From: an uncultured Nitrospiraceae bacterium
GTDB taxonomy: Bacteria > Nitrospirota > Thermodesulfovibrionia > Thermodesulfovibrionales > UBA6898
Direction of reading: 5' to 3'
Assembly: GCA_963811165.1 (NCBI GenBank)
Contig: CAWEQH010000004.1
Span: 768,001-832,000, forward strand
Length of the DNA: 64,000 nucleotides
The notes below the pieces were generated by a model that searched no databases, had not been told where the DNA came from, and saw only the letters and a program-made list of their open reading frames with translations. The position numbers and the translations under genes are program-made. Shown here in pieces: positions 16,568 through 26,499 of the stretch. How positions within the stretch are numbered: the stretch's first letter is position 1; the number at the start of each line of letters is the position of its first letter.

Positions 16568-17440
16568 ATGAAAAGAATTGCGAATATGAGCATCCGGTTT
16601 CTCGTATTTTTGATGGTTCTCCATGTTGTGCCCGCCCGGGCGACCGAGGGGTACGTCATAGGGGATGAAGATGTACTGCAAATATCAGTGTGGGGCAATC
16701 AGGACCTCAACGTGCAAGTTCCCGTCAGGCCGGATGGTATGATATCTTTTCCCCTTGTGGGAGATATCAGGGCGGCTGGCGTTAGCCCCCAGGAACTGAA
16801 GACCGAGCTCGAAAACAAGCTCACAAAATTTATCAAGGCGCCTACAGTAAGTGTGATTGTAACGGCGGTAAATAGTTTTAAGGTCTATGTACTGGGAGAG
16901 GGGATTGCGCAGGCGACTTCGTCTATGGCCGGAACGATATCCGCTTCGGCGGGGGGGACATCTTCCGGAGTGATAACGCTGAGGAAGCGCACCACTCTTA
17001 TGCAGCTGCTTGCCCAGATCGGATCTCTCGGCGGGGCCGACCTTAATAATGCCTATTTGTTCAGGGACGGGAGGAAACTCGGCAATGACTTCTTTAAGCT
17101 TGTGGTGAAGGGCGACATCTCTCAGGATATAGAGCTTAAACCCGATGACCTCCTCTTTGTTCCGGATAACTTCGATAAGAGGATCATGGTAGTGGGCGCG
17201 GTAAAGACCCCGAATATCATTCAGTACAGAGAAGGTCTGACGGCCCTGGACGCTATTTTGCATGCGGGAGGCTTTACGGAGTTCGCAAAAGAAAATGACG
17301 TGATAATCGTACGAAAGAGCGGCGGCGATATAAAAAATATCGAGGTGCGGTTAAAGGACGTAATGAGAAAAGGAGACATAAGCAAAGATGTGCCGCTGAA
17401 ACCCGGAGATCTAATCATTGTGAAAACAGGACTATTTTAG
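16568..17440 (+). CDS. Polysaccharide export OPX protein (Poly_export + SLBB)
   Basis: YVIGDEDVLQISVW, VRPDGMISFPLVG, AGGFTEFA, LKPGDLIIV. Confidence 0.9.
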   Translation: MKRIANMSIRFLVFLMVLHVVPARATEGYVIGDEDVLQISVWGNQDLNVQVPVRPDGMISFPLVGDIRAAGVSPQELKTELENKLTKFIKAPTVSVIVTAVNSFKVYVLGEGIAQATSSMAGTISASAGGTSSGVITLRKRTTLMQLLAQIGSLGGADLNNAYLFRDGRKLGNDFFKLVVKGDISQDIELKPDDLLFVPDNFDKRIMVVGAVKTPNIIQYREGLTALDAILHAGGFTEFAKENDVIIVRKSGGDIKNIEVRLKDVMRKGDISKDVPLKPGDLIIVKTGLF

Positions 17441-17449
17441 GGGAAAAGC

Positions 17450-19015
17450 ATGGCGGAAAGTAAAAAGACGGACTTCGACCTGAAACTGTATTGGTCGATA
17501 TTGCTGAGAAGAAAATACGTTGCACTCACAGTTGCACTTGCCGTGCTCTCTTTGTTTACCTGGGGAAGCTTTTTCATGACCAAGACATATGAGGCAAGCT
17601 CTACCGTGCTGATCGAAAAAAGTTCTATCATTGACCCGCTCATAAAAGGTGTTGGGGTCGGTGGTAGGTCGGAGGGTATTTCAAACGTCAGAGACAGCAT
17701 CGCCAGTAGAAACCTGTTAGAGAAGGTCATGAAAAAGACGGGCAATGTTGCCATTATGAAAAACCCTGGTCAATTCGATGAATACTTAAAGAATGTAAGA
17801 AAGAATCTCCAGGTTAAGGCTTCCAGCGGGGCCGGAACCGGACCGGACCTCTTCACGCTCTCTTACAGGGGAGAAGAACCTGTAATGATCCGTGATTTCG
17901 TAAACGCGCTGGTGAAAGAATACATCGCCGAAAATGTCAGCAGCAGGTTGACGGATGCATCGGACGCATATGATTTCATCCAGACCCAGTTGTTGGAGTA
18001 TAAGAAAAAGCTTGAGGACTCCGACAAGGCCATAAGAGAATTCAGGGAGCGCAACCCCAACATGATCCCTCAGAGCGAATCGGCTTTGACCGGCAGGTTG
18101 GAAAGTTTCGAATCCGCCAGAATTGATGCCGACATAAAGCTGAAAGAACTGGTGAGAAAGCGTGAGAACCTCCAGAAACAGCTTTCCGGAGAAAAACAGC
18201 TTACCGTCGCATTTGTGACAAGAGAAGGTTCACCCCAGGCAAGGCTAAATGCCTTGAATAACCAGCTTATGCTTCTGGCGTCGAAATATACAGACAATTA
18301 TCCAGAGGTTATCAAGATAAGGAGAGAAATAGAAGAACTGCGGAGGCAAATGGCCCAGGTAAAGGACAGTTACACCGAGAATATGGGTTCCGAGACTGCG
18401 GCGTTGAATCCTATTTATCAGCAGCTGAAGGAAGAATACGCAAAGACTGACGCAGAGATTGAGTCGCTCAGGGCCCGGTCGGCGGAGCTTGCAAGGCAGA
18501 GACAGGAGGCGCAGGGCATATTGGGGCGCATGCCCAAGGAGCAGGAGGAATGGACAAAACTTCAAAGGGACAGGAACGTATATCAAAAGATTTATGACGA
18601 ACTCCTACAAAAGCTTGAAAGCGCACGGGTTTCGAAGGATCTCGGTGAGAATACCAAGTATGGGGCCTTCAGGATTGTGGACGCCGCGATAACCCCCGCC
18701 TTGCCTGTTAAACCCAACAGAGTACAAATGATCTTGATGGGAATATTTTTAGGGATTGCTGCAGGGATCGGGGCTGCATTCGGACTCGAATACTTCGACC
18801 ATTCTTTCCGCGATGAGGCTGCGATCGAGAGTGCATTAAAGCTGCCCGTGCTTAGCACAATCCCAAAGATAATGACCGAAGACGATAAACGCTCAGTCAA
18901 GACGCGCGACAAAAAAGTCTTTACTTTCGCGGGCGCTTATCTGCTTCTCATAATCATAATGTTTTCGGTCGAATTTTTACACAGATATATGGGTATCAAG
19001 GTTATTAATTTTTAG
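17450..19015 (+). CDS. Polysaccharide co-polymerase / chain-length determinant (Wzc periplasmic part)
   Basis: N-terminal TM, coiled coils, YTDNYPEV, Pro-rich PVKPNR followed by TM, LPVLSTIP. Confidence 0.9.
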   Translation: MAESKKTDFDLKLYWSILLRRKYVALTVALAVLSLFTWGSFFMTKTYEASSTVLIEKSSIIDPLIKGVGVGGRSEGISNVRDSIASRNLLEKVMKKTGNVAIMKNPGQFDEYLKNVRKNLQVKASSGAGTGPDLFTLSYRGEEPVMIRDFVNALVKEYIAENVSSRLTDASDAYDFIQTQLLEYKKKLEDSDKAIREFRERNPNMIPQSESALTGRLESFESARIDADIKLKELVRKRENLQKQLSGEKQLTVAFVTREGSPQARLNALNNQLMLLASKYTDNYPEVIKIRREIEELRRQMAQVKDSYTENMGSETAALNPIYQQLKEEYAKTDAEIESLRARSAELARQRQEAQGILGRMPKEQEEWTKLQRDRNVYQKIYDELLQKLESARVSKDLGENTKYGAFRIVDAAITPALPVKPNRVQMILMGIFLGIAAGIGAAFGLEYFDHSFRDEAAIESALKLPVLSTIPKIMTEDDKRSVKTRDKKVFTFAGAYLLLIIIMFSVEFLHRYMGIKVINF

Positions 19016-19025
19016 GGAGGTCTTA

Positions 19026-19910
19026 ATGAGCAGAATCGAGGAGGCCCTGGAAAGGGCGGTGAAGATGAGAGAGTCGGCGAAGGAAGTCGTCTCTGAAGAG
19101 ATACCAGCCGCAAAGCTCCATCCTTCATCACCTGCACAATTTGAGGTCTGCAATGCTTTGATTGATATTAATGGGGTGAATAAGTACGTAGTAACTATTA
19201 CAGATCCCTATTCCCATGCCGCCGAGCAGTACAAGAAATTGCGGGCGAGGCTCCTCAGGGCAACCAGGAAGGATTTTCATAACACTCTTATGATCACAAG
19301 TTCGGAAAGCGGCGAAGGCAAATCTTTGACGGCGGCGAATCTGGCCGTTGCCCTCTCAAATGAGACTGACTACACGGTGCTCCTCGTGGATGCCGATCTT
19401 AGAAATCCTTCGGTGCACAGATATTTTGGGATCGAACCGAGTCGCGGCCTATCCGATTATCTGAAAGGCGAAGCGGATATCCCCGATTTGCTCGTCAAAA
19501 CCGGTGTCGGGAAGCTCGTTATTCTCCCGGCGGGAAACCCTTCCGAAAGTTCTGCGGAACTGCTCTCCTCCGAGAAGATGAAGATGCTTGTCCGGGAGCT
19601 GAAGCTCAGGTACAGGGACCGATACGTTATTTTTGACACGTCGCCGCTTCTCATCGTTGCGGATGCCCTCTCGCTCGGCAGCTTCATGGACGGCATACTC
19701 TTTGTCGTTCAGGAAGGCCGAACACCCCAAAAAAGGGTCGCTCATGCACTTGCCCTCATGAAGGGCTATAATATTCTCGGCGTCGTGTTCAATAACCAGC
19801 AACAGTATATCTCAAAAGACCTGCATCAATATTATTACCGGTATGGGGTTCAACGGCATCAGGCGATATCAGGAAGCGACAGCGGAGGCGCAGGTGAGAA
19901 TAAATCCTGA
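19026..19910 (+). CDS. Bacterial tyrosine kinase (CpsD/CapB-like)
   Basis: MSRIEEALE, SSESGEGKS Walker A, VDADLRNP, IFDTSP, C-terminal YYYRY cluster. Confidence 0.92.
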   Translation: MSRIEEALERAVKMRESAKEVVSEEIPAAKLHPSSPAQFEVCNALIDINGVNKYVVTITDPYSHAAEQYKKLRARLLRATRKDFHNTLMITSSESGEGKSLTAANLAVALSNETDYTVLLVDADLRNPSVHRYFGIEPSRGLSDYLKGEADIPDLLVKTGVGKLVILPAGNPSESSAELLSSEKMKMLVRELKLRYRDRYVIFDTSPLLIVADALSLGSFMDGILFVVQEGRTPQKRVAHALALMKGYNILGVVFNNQQQYISKDLHQYYYRYGVQRHQAISGSDSGGAGENKS

Positions 19911-19968
19911 GAGGCGATACCGCAGTACTCGGCATCGCATGATACAGCGGCTCCGGAACTTAGTTCTT

Positions 19969-21249
19969 ATGAAGAGGCATTTTAAACCGGTTAGAATATT
20001 TTGCTTGCGCTCGGCGGTGAAACACATATATTTATTGGCGGTAATCGCTGTGTTCTCATCTGTTGTCTGGAATTGTTCGGAAACGTATGGCGCTGATATT
20101 TCGATCAAACCCTCGGTCACCCTTCGAGAAGAGTATGACGATAACATTTTTCTCACCCGGGACAACCGCGTCGATGATTTTATCACGAAAGTAATTCCCT
20201 CGCTAAGCATAACGCACAAAACGCCTATATGGGACTTTGGGCTGAACGAAACATTGTATTGGTGGTATTATGCAAAGAAGGCGGTCGGATATTATTCCAA
20301 TGCGGCGGATATTACGTCGAAGCTCTCTGTCGTAAAAAATCTTCTCTATTTCGATGTGACAGATACGTATTCAAGTGTTGTCCTGAATCCCAGAGGACCC
20401 TCAACGACCGAAAATCTCAATGTGAACAGGAGCGACACGAATATATTCAATGTGTCTCCATATCTGAAATATCAGCTGGACCCGGCTACGGCTGTAACAA
20501 CTGGTTACACTTACACAAATATTTGGTATAGGAACTCCGAGGGCGTAAAACGGCAGCAGCATAAAGGGTTTCTGAGCGTCCAGCATGCATTCAATCCAAA
20601 AGTAAATATTGTGCTGGGGGCCGAGTATCTGGCGGACAGGCCCGAAAATACGGAACCGGACAATGATCAGAAAGCGCTATTCTCCACCCTAGTGTACAAA
20701 ATTGATCCGCGAACGAGCTTGGAGGGAACGGCTGGATACAGAATGTTCACGTTTGCGAACAGTGCTGATCAGAACAAATTTTTTTATGATGTGGGGGTAG
20801 TCTACCGGCTCCCCCAAAAAGGCAATATCGAGCTGAGGGCGAGTCAATTATTCAGTGCCTCGCCCACGGAAGGAATTGTGGAGACATCGTCGCAGAAGCT
20901 CACGGTGAACTATGGCGAAGCCGTCTCGGTTAACGGGAGCGTATACCACTCTAAAGACAATTATTTTCAGATCGGACTGACAAACGAGGCGACCGGATTT
21001 TTGGCCGGACTCTCTTATGCGCCGAACTTGAGAAGGACATACCGGGTGTCGGGCGGATACGAAAGAGATACCTATCTGCCGGGAAGCGAGAAAAGAAGCA
21101 CGTATCTCGCATCGGCCGGCATCGACCACAGGCTCTCGGCGAAGGTGGTGCTGAGCATGTCGTACGTGTACAACAAATCGACCGGTCAGCTCGAAGAGAA
21201 CAATTATACCGATAATACTATGTTCCTCCAGCTGAAAATAGAGATATAG
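19969..21249 (+). CDS. EPS-associated outer membrane beta-barrel protein (start uncertain)
   Basis: Signal-like segment, PSVTLREEYDDNIF start, alternating beta-strand pattern, C-terminal NYTDNTMFLQLKIEI. Confidence 0.8.
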   Translation: MKRHFKPVRIFCLRSAVKHIYLLAVIAVFSSVVWNCSETYGADISIKPSVTLREEYDDNIFLTRDNRVDDFITKVIPSLSITHKTPIWDFGLNETLYWWYYAKKAVGYYSNAADITSKLSVVKNLLYFDVTDTYSSVVLNPRGPSTTENLNVNRSDTNIFNVSPYLKYQLDPATAVTTGYTYTNIWYRNSEGVKRQQHKGFLSVQHAFNPKVNIVLGAEYLADRPENTEPDNDQKALFSTLVYKIDPRTSLEGTAGYRMFTFANSADQNKFFYDVGVVYRLPQKGNIELRASQLFSASPTEGIVETSSQKLTVNYGEAVSVNGSVYHSKDNYFQIGLTNEATGFLAGLSYAPNLRRTYRVSGGYERDTYLPGSEKRSTYLASAGIDHRLSAKVVLSMSYVYNKSTGQLEENNYTDNTMFLQLKIEI

Positions 21250-21253
21250 CGCT

Positions 21254-22390
21254 ATGTATACGTCATTCTTCGGTTTTACCTGCAAGCCTTTCCAATTATC
21301 CCCCGATCCCGAGTTTCTCTTTATGAGCAGGGGCCATAAGAGGGCCCTGACGTTCCTGAACTACGGGATGGCGGACAACGCCGGGTTCATTCTTGTCACG
21401 GGTGAGATAGGCGTAGGAAAGACGACGATTTTGCGGAGCATGATAAAAAAGATTCCGCTGGACGTCAAGCTGGCGCGCATAAACAATACTAAGGTGACAT
21501 CGGACCAGCTTATCGCGATGATCAACGAGGAGTACGGCATCGACACGAAGGGTGACGATAAGACCAGGATGCTGAATAAACTCACGGATTTTCTGATAAG
21601 CCAGTACGCTGCGGGCGGACGGTCAATGATTATAATAGACGAGGCGCAAAATCTCTCCCCGGACCTGCTTGAAGAAATCAGACTCCTTTCGAACCTCGAA
21701 ACGGATAAATCAAAACTGCTGCAGATAATACTTGTAGGGCAGCCTGAACTGAATGCTACCCTGAGCAGCCCCGGGCTTGAGCAGCTCAGGCAGAGAATCG
21801 CCATTAATACGCATATCAATCCCCTTACCTTCGAAGAGACTGAGGCATACATCAGACATAGACTGAAGATTGCCGGGAATGAGGAGGGCGTGACATTCCA
21901 GCCCGGCGTCTTCGAAGCGATTTACGATTTCAGCAAGGGGGTGCCGAGGCTTATCAATATCATCTGCGACTTTACGCTCCTGGCGGCGTTTGTGGACAAC
22001 ACGAAGACCATAGATTCGGCGCTCATGAAGGAGATAATCAGAGAACTCGCCATTGAAAAACCGGAGGTGAGGGCTGCAGCTCTGCGCGCCAAGGAATCTC
22101 CGCGAAACGATGATGACGGCAATATCAAGAAGGCGCTGGCCAGCATCAATCTCAGGCTTCAAAACCTCGAGGCCGTCATCAACGGGATACAAGAGGGCGG
22201 CAAAACCGTCCGGGAAATCAGCAGGCTTATCGCCTTAAAAGAAGCCCAACTGGGCAAGAAAGAAGAAGAGGTGTTAAAGAGGGAAAGCGAACTCCTCGAA
22301 AAAGAGGATTTTGTGAGAAGAAAAGAAGAACACATCAAACATCTGTTCGAACAAAATATGAACGGACTCTCTGCAGAAATATCCGAGTAA
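21254..22390 (+). CDS. ExeA/GspA-family AAA ATPase, PEP-CTERM-locus type, with coiled-coil tail
   Basis: MYTSFFG..KPFQLSPDP, GEIGVGKTT, IDEAQNL, LVGQPEL, GVPRLIN. Confidence 0.9.
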   Translation: MYTSFFGFTCKPFQLSPDPEFLFMSRGHKRALTFLNYGMADNAGFILVTGEIGVGKTTILRSMIKKIPLDVKLARINNTKVTSDQLIAMINEEYGIDTKGDDKTRMLNKLTDFLISQYAAGGRSMIIIDEAQNLSPDLLEEIRLLSNLETDKSKLLQIILVGQPELNATLSSPGLEQLRQRIAINTHINPLTFEETEAYIRHRLKIAGNEEGVTFQPGVFEAIYDFSKGVPRLINIICDFTLLAAFVDNTKTIDSALMKEIIRELAIEKPEVRAAALRAKESPRNDDDGNIKKALASINLRLQNLEAVINGIQEGGKTVREISRLIALKEAQLGKKEEEVLKRESELLEKEDFVRRKEEHIKHLFEQNMNGLSAEISE

Positions 22391-22546
22391 GCGATTTGCG
22401 CATCGTTATCGCGCAATAAAGCGTATCCATGAAAACACCGCAGCACACGTCGAAGTTCTTGTCCGAACGGGGCAGCCTGCATACGCATGGCGCCAATTTA
22501 TCCGTTTTCGGAATGAACACGGCTCCGCTCAAGAGAGTGAGGTAAA

Positions 22547-24133
22547 ATGTCAAACGCACCTGACAAATTCGTAGGACTGGTCGGCCTGGGTTACTGGGGA
22601 AAGAATCTTTTGCGCAATTTATATGAACTGGAGGTGCTTCATACCGCCTGTGATTCGGACGGGACCATTCTTGAAGAACGGAAGACCAAGTTTCCCGGTG
22701 TTCGTTACAGTTCGTCATTTGACGGGATCATCGGAACCCCGGAGATACGGGCTGTTGCGATAGCCACGCCGGTATCTACTCATTATGAATACGTCAAACG
22801 GGCATTGCTGGCGGGCAAGGACGTGTTTGTCGAGAAACCGCTGGCGCTCAACATCCGCGAGGGGATGGAACTCGTTGAAGTGGCGAGGCGCGAAAAAAGG
22901 ATATTAATGGTTGGGCATATCCTGCAGTACCACCCCGCGGTCATCAGGCTGAAGTCGCTCATCGCATCGGGCGAACTCGGGAAAATCCAGTATATATATT
23001 CGAATAGACTCAACATCGGGAAGCTAAGGACCGAAGAAGACATACTCTGGAGCTTCGCGCCCCACGACATCTCCGTAATTTTGATGCTCCTCGGCGAAGA
23101 GCCGGTAAAGGTGTCGGCCTTGCGGGGCGATTACCTTAATAATGGTATCTTCGATGTCACCCTCACCACAATGGAATTCAGAAACGGGGTGAAAGGCCAC
23201 ATCTTTGTCAGTTGGCTGCATCCGTTCAAGGAGCAAAAATTAATAGTGGTCGGCTCGAAGGCGATGGCGGTATTCGACGACATAAGCAAGGAAAAGCTTT
23301 TTCTTTACCCCCATTCGATAGAATGGAAAGACGGAAAGATCCCTATCGCCCAGAAGGCGGATTACGTGGTGATACCCGTGGAACAGAAGGAACCGCTGAA
23401 GGAGGAGCTGAGCCATTTTGTCGAGTGTGTAACAGAAAGAAAGAAGCCGAGGACCGACGGGGGCGAGGGGCTGCGCGTCCTTACGATACTTGAGCGCGCA
23501 GGCGAATTACCCCCCGGAAACGCTGACACGATACAGAAAAAACAGGATGCAAAGTATTTTGTCCATGAAAGCGCATGCGTCGGTGATGACGTCCGGATAG
23601 GCGACCGGACCAAGATCTGGCATTTCTCGCATGTATCGCAAGGGGCCCGGATAGGGAAACAATGCGTAATCGGCCAGAATGTATTTATCGGGCAGGACGT
23701 AACGATAGGGGACGCATGCAAGATCCAGAACAATGTTTCTCTCTATAAGGGTGTATTTATTGAAGATGAAGTATTCTGCGGTCCTTCGTGCGTCTTTACA
23801 AATGTATATAACCCAAGGGCGTTTATAGAGAGGAAGAATGAGTTTCTGCATACCTTAGTGAAAAAGGGCTCCACTATAGGCGCAAATGCGACAATCGTAT
23901 GCGGTGTGACAATCGGGAGATACGCCATGGTGGGGGCCGGGGCGGTAGTGAAGTCATCCGTGCCCGATTATGCGGTTGTCGCCGGTGTGCCCGCAAAACA
24001 GATCGGATGGGCCTGCAGGTGCGGCACGACGCTGAAATTCCTGGATTCGCGATGCGCATGCAGCTACTGCGGTAAGGAGTACCTGCTTGAACATAACCAT
24101 ATTACTACATTATCCGGAGAGGACCTTCTATGA
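22547..24133 (+). CDS. Fused Gfo/Idh/MocA oxidoreductase plus hexapeptide N-acetyltransferase (WbpB-WbpD-like)
   Basis: GLGYWG, VEKP, APHD N-terminal domain; KIWHFSH, KIQNNVS, GPSCVFTNV, GVPAKQIGW and CxC..CxxC C-terminal domain. Confidence 0.88.
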   Translation: MSNAPDKFVGLVGLGYWGKNLLRNLYELEVLHTACDSDGTILEERKTKFPGVRYSSSFDGIIGTPEIRAVAIATPVSTHYEYVKRALLAGKDVFVEKPLALNIREGMELVEVARREKRILMVGHILQYHPAVIRLKSLIASGELGKIQYIYSNRLNIGKLRTEEDILWSFAPHDISVILMLLGEEPVKVSALRGDYLNNGIFDVTLTTMEFRNGVKGHIFVSWLHPFKEQKLIVVGSKAMAVFDDISKEKLFLYPHSIEWKDGKIPIAQKADYVVIPVEQKEPLKEELSHFVECVTERKKPRTDGGEGLRVLTILERAGELPPGNADTIQKKQDAKYFVHESACVGDDVRIGDRTKIWHFSHVSQGARIGKQCVIGQNVFIGQDVTIGDACKIQNNVSLYKGVFIEDEVFCGPSCVFTNVYNPRAFIERKNEFLHTLVKKGSTIGANATIVCGVTIGRYAMVGAGAVVKSSVPDYAVVAGVPAKQIGWACRCGTTLKFLDSRCACSYCGKEYLLEHNHITTLSGEDLL

Positions 24134-25281
24134 TACAGATCCCTATGCTTGACTTAAAAAGAGAATATGAATATATGAAAGAAGACGTAGATGCGGCCAT
24201 CCGCACATGTCTGGGACATCAGCAGTGGATATTCGGCCCGGAAATAAAAGAATTCGAGGGCACCGTAGCCAGGTATCTCGGGGTGAATCACTGCATAGGC
24301 GTGTCGTCCGGTACGGAAGCACTGGTGATCTCGCTGCGGGCGCTGGCAATTCAAAAGAGGGGCCGGGAGTATTTTGATGGCACTGACGAAATCATTACCA
24401 CCCCCTTTACTTTTACGGCGACCGGGGACGCGATTCTGCGATCAGGAGCCATGCCGGTATTTGTTGACGTCGATCCCCATAGTTATAATATCGACTTCCG
24501 AAAAGTGCGGGAATATCTCGCTGCCGCTTCCGGCAGGGTCGTCGGCATTCTCCCGGTCCATCTTTACGGGAAGCCCTGCGAAATGGATGAACTCACGAAA
24601 ATTGCGGAGGAATATGATCTTTTTATCGTAGAGGACGTGGCCCAGGCTTTCGGCGGGACCTGGCGGGGCAGGCAATTGGGATCTATCGGATCCTGCGGCG
24701 CCTTTAGTTTCTTCCCGTCGAAAAATCTTGGTGGATTCGGGGATGGGGGAATGATCGCCACAAATGACGACGGAGCTGCCGAACTGGCCCGCGTTCTTTT
24801 GAAGCACGGCGGGAGGGACAAGTATAATGTCGAGTATCTCGGCTACAATGCAAGGCTCGATACGCTTCAGGCTGCCATATTGCTGGCGAAGATCGGATAT
24901 ATCGATGAATTCAACGGCGGCAGAAGAAATATAGCGAAGATGTATACGAGAGAGCTCTCGGGGATAGAGGGCCTGCTGCTGCCCGACTCGCAGGGCGCTG
25001 CGGACGTGGGGAAGTGTGTGTATCACCAATACACGGTCCGTACTACGCGCAGGGATGCGTTACAGGGCCACCTGAAAGAGCGCGGCATAGCCTCCATGAT
25101 TTATTATCCGTTTCCACTTCACAAAATGAAATTGTTCGAGGGAAGGATGAAAACATGGGGTTCGTGTACACAAGCGGAAAGTGCGTCCGAACAGGTGCTG
25201 TCTCTCCCGATAGAGCCTCTGCAATCATCTGAGACTACCGTAAGTGTGGTAGAAGGCATAAAGTCTTTTTTCCGGATCTGA
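24130..25281 (+). CDS. DegT/DnrJ/EryC1/StrS aminotransferase (WbpE-like)
   Basis: SSGTEAL, PVHLYG, EDVAQA, SFFPSKNLGGFGDGG, NARLDTLQAA. Confidence 0.93.
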   Translation: MIQIPMLDLKREYEYMKEDVDAAIRTCLGHQQWIFGPEIKEFEGTVARYLGVNHCIGVSSGTEALVISLRALAIQKRGREYFDGTDEIITTPFTFTATGDAILRSGAMPVFVDVDPHSYNIDFRKVREYLAAASGRVVGILPVHLYGKPCEMDELTKIAEEYDLFIVEDVAQAFGGTWRGRQLGSIGSCGAFSFFPSKNLGGFGDGGMIATNDDGAAELARVLLKHGGRDKYNVEYLGYNARLDTLQAAILLAKIGYIDEFNGGRRNIAKMYTRELSGIEGLLLPDSQGAADVGKCVYHQYTVRTTRRDALQGHLKERGIASMIYYPFPLHKMKLFEGRMKTWGSCTQAESASEQVLSLPIEPLQSSETTVSVVEGIKSFFRI

Positions 25282-25311
25282 CACCGGCGCAGGGGCTCAC
25301 GGAATGAAAAA

Positions 25312-26427
25312 ATGACGGAAATCAGGATTGTCACCATAGTCGGAGCAAGACCCCAGTTCATCAAGGCCTCTGCGGTGAGTCGTGCGATACATAGGTACAA
25401 CCTTGGCTGCAGGACGCATCATATCATGGAAGTCCTTCTCCATACCGGGCAGCATTACGACTATAACATGAGCCAAATATTTTTTGAGCAGCTTGAAATC
25501 GGGCAGCCGAAGTATCATCTGGGCGTAGGTTCGGGAAGCCATGGTGAGATGACCGGCGCGATGCTTACAAAGATAGAGAAAGTGCTCGTTCAGGAAAAAC
25601 CCGACTGGGTCCTTCTCTACGGGGACACGAACTCCACTCTGGCCGGAGCGCTGGCGGCCAGTAAGCTCCATCTCTCCGTTGCCCATGTCGAGGCGGGCTT
25701 AAGGAGTTATAACAGACGTATGCCGGAAGAGATAAATCGGGTACTTACAGACCATGTATCGGATCTTCTCTTTTGTCCTACTGATACCGCCGTGCGTAAT
25801 CTGGCGCATGAAGGAATTACCGAAGGGGTTTGCAAGGTCGGAGACGTAATGTATGACGCATTCCTTTTTTACAGGGACCTGTCGGCCCGACGATCGACCA
25901 TACTTTCCGATCTCGGCCTGAAGCCAGGCGGATATTGCCTGGGAACTGTGCATCGTCAGGAGAATACTGAAGACCCGCAGAAACTGGACAATATATTTAC
26001 CGCTTTCGAGGAGCTTGCGAGGGAAGACTGTCCTTTTGTAGTGCCCCTCCATCCGGGGACCGGCAAAATCATACAGCCGAGGCGGCAAGGAGACAGTCAT
26101 GTCCCGCAATTAAAAATCATTCCACCCATAGGCTATTTGGATATGATAGCACTGGAAACGCAGGCCCGCATTATCCTGACCGATTCCGGCGGCATACAAA
26201 AGGAGGCATTCTTTGCCAAAGTCCCTTGTGTTACCCTGCGGGACGAGACGGAATGGGTCGAGACAGTCGAAGCGGGCTGGAACCGTCTGGCCGGGGCCAA
26301 TGCCAGGAAGATTGAAGACGCCTTTATCGCTGCAACGAGCTCTGAGCCGGAGGGGCACGCCTCACTCTACGGCGAGGGTGACGCCAGTGAAATCCTTATG
26401 CAGAAACTGGTCCTGTCGACATGCTGA
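25312..26427 (+). CDS. Non-hydrolysing UDP-HexNAc 2-epimerase (WbpI-like)
   Basis: GARPQFIK, HTGQHYD, GDTNST, HVEAGLRS, TDSGGIQKEA, ETEWVET. Confidence 0.92.
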   Translation: MTEIRIVTIVGARPQFIKASAVSRAIHRYNLGCRTHHIMEVLLHTGQHYDYNMSQIFFEQLEIGQPKYHLGVGSGSHGEMTGAMLTKIEKVLVQEKPDWVLLYGDTNSTLAGALAASKLHLSVAHVEAGLRSYNRRMPEEINRVLTDHVSDLLFCPTDTAVRNLAHEGITEGVCKVGDVMYDAFLFYRDLSARRSTILSDLGLKPGGYCLGTVHRQENTEDPQKLDNIFTAFEELAREDCPFVVPLHPGTGKIIQPRRQGDSHVPQLKIIPPIGYLDMIALETQARIILTDSGGIQKEAFFAKVPCVTLRDETEWVETVEAGWNRLAGANARKIEDAFIAATSSEPEGHASLYGEGDASEILMQKLVLSTC

Positions 26428-26499
26428 TCATATGCCGGCGGGATGAATGTCAATGATTTTCTGGCGGAGGAAAAGCCGGGGAGGCAAAGAGAGGGTATC

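Noticed and set aside
19843..19968. N-terminal extension of the beta-barrel ORF
   Set aside because: Overlaps the kinase gene and pushes the signal peptide too far from the start.
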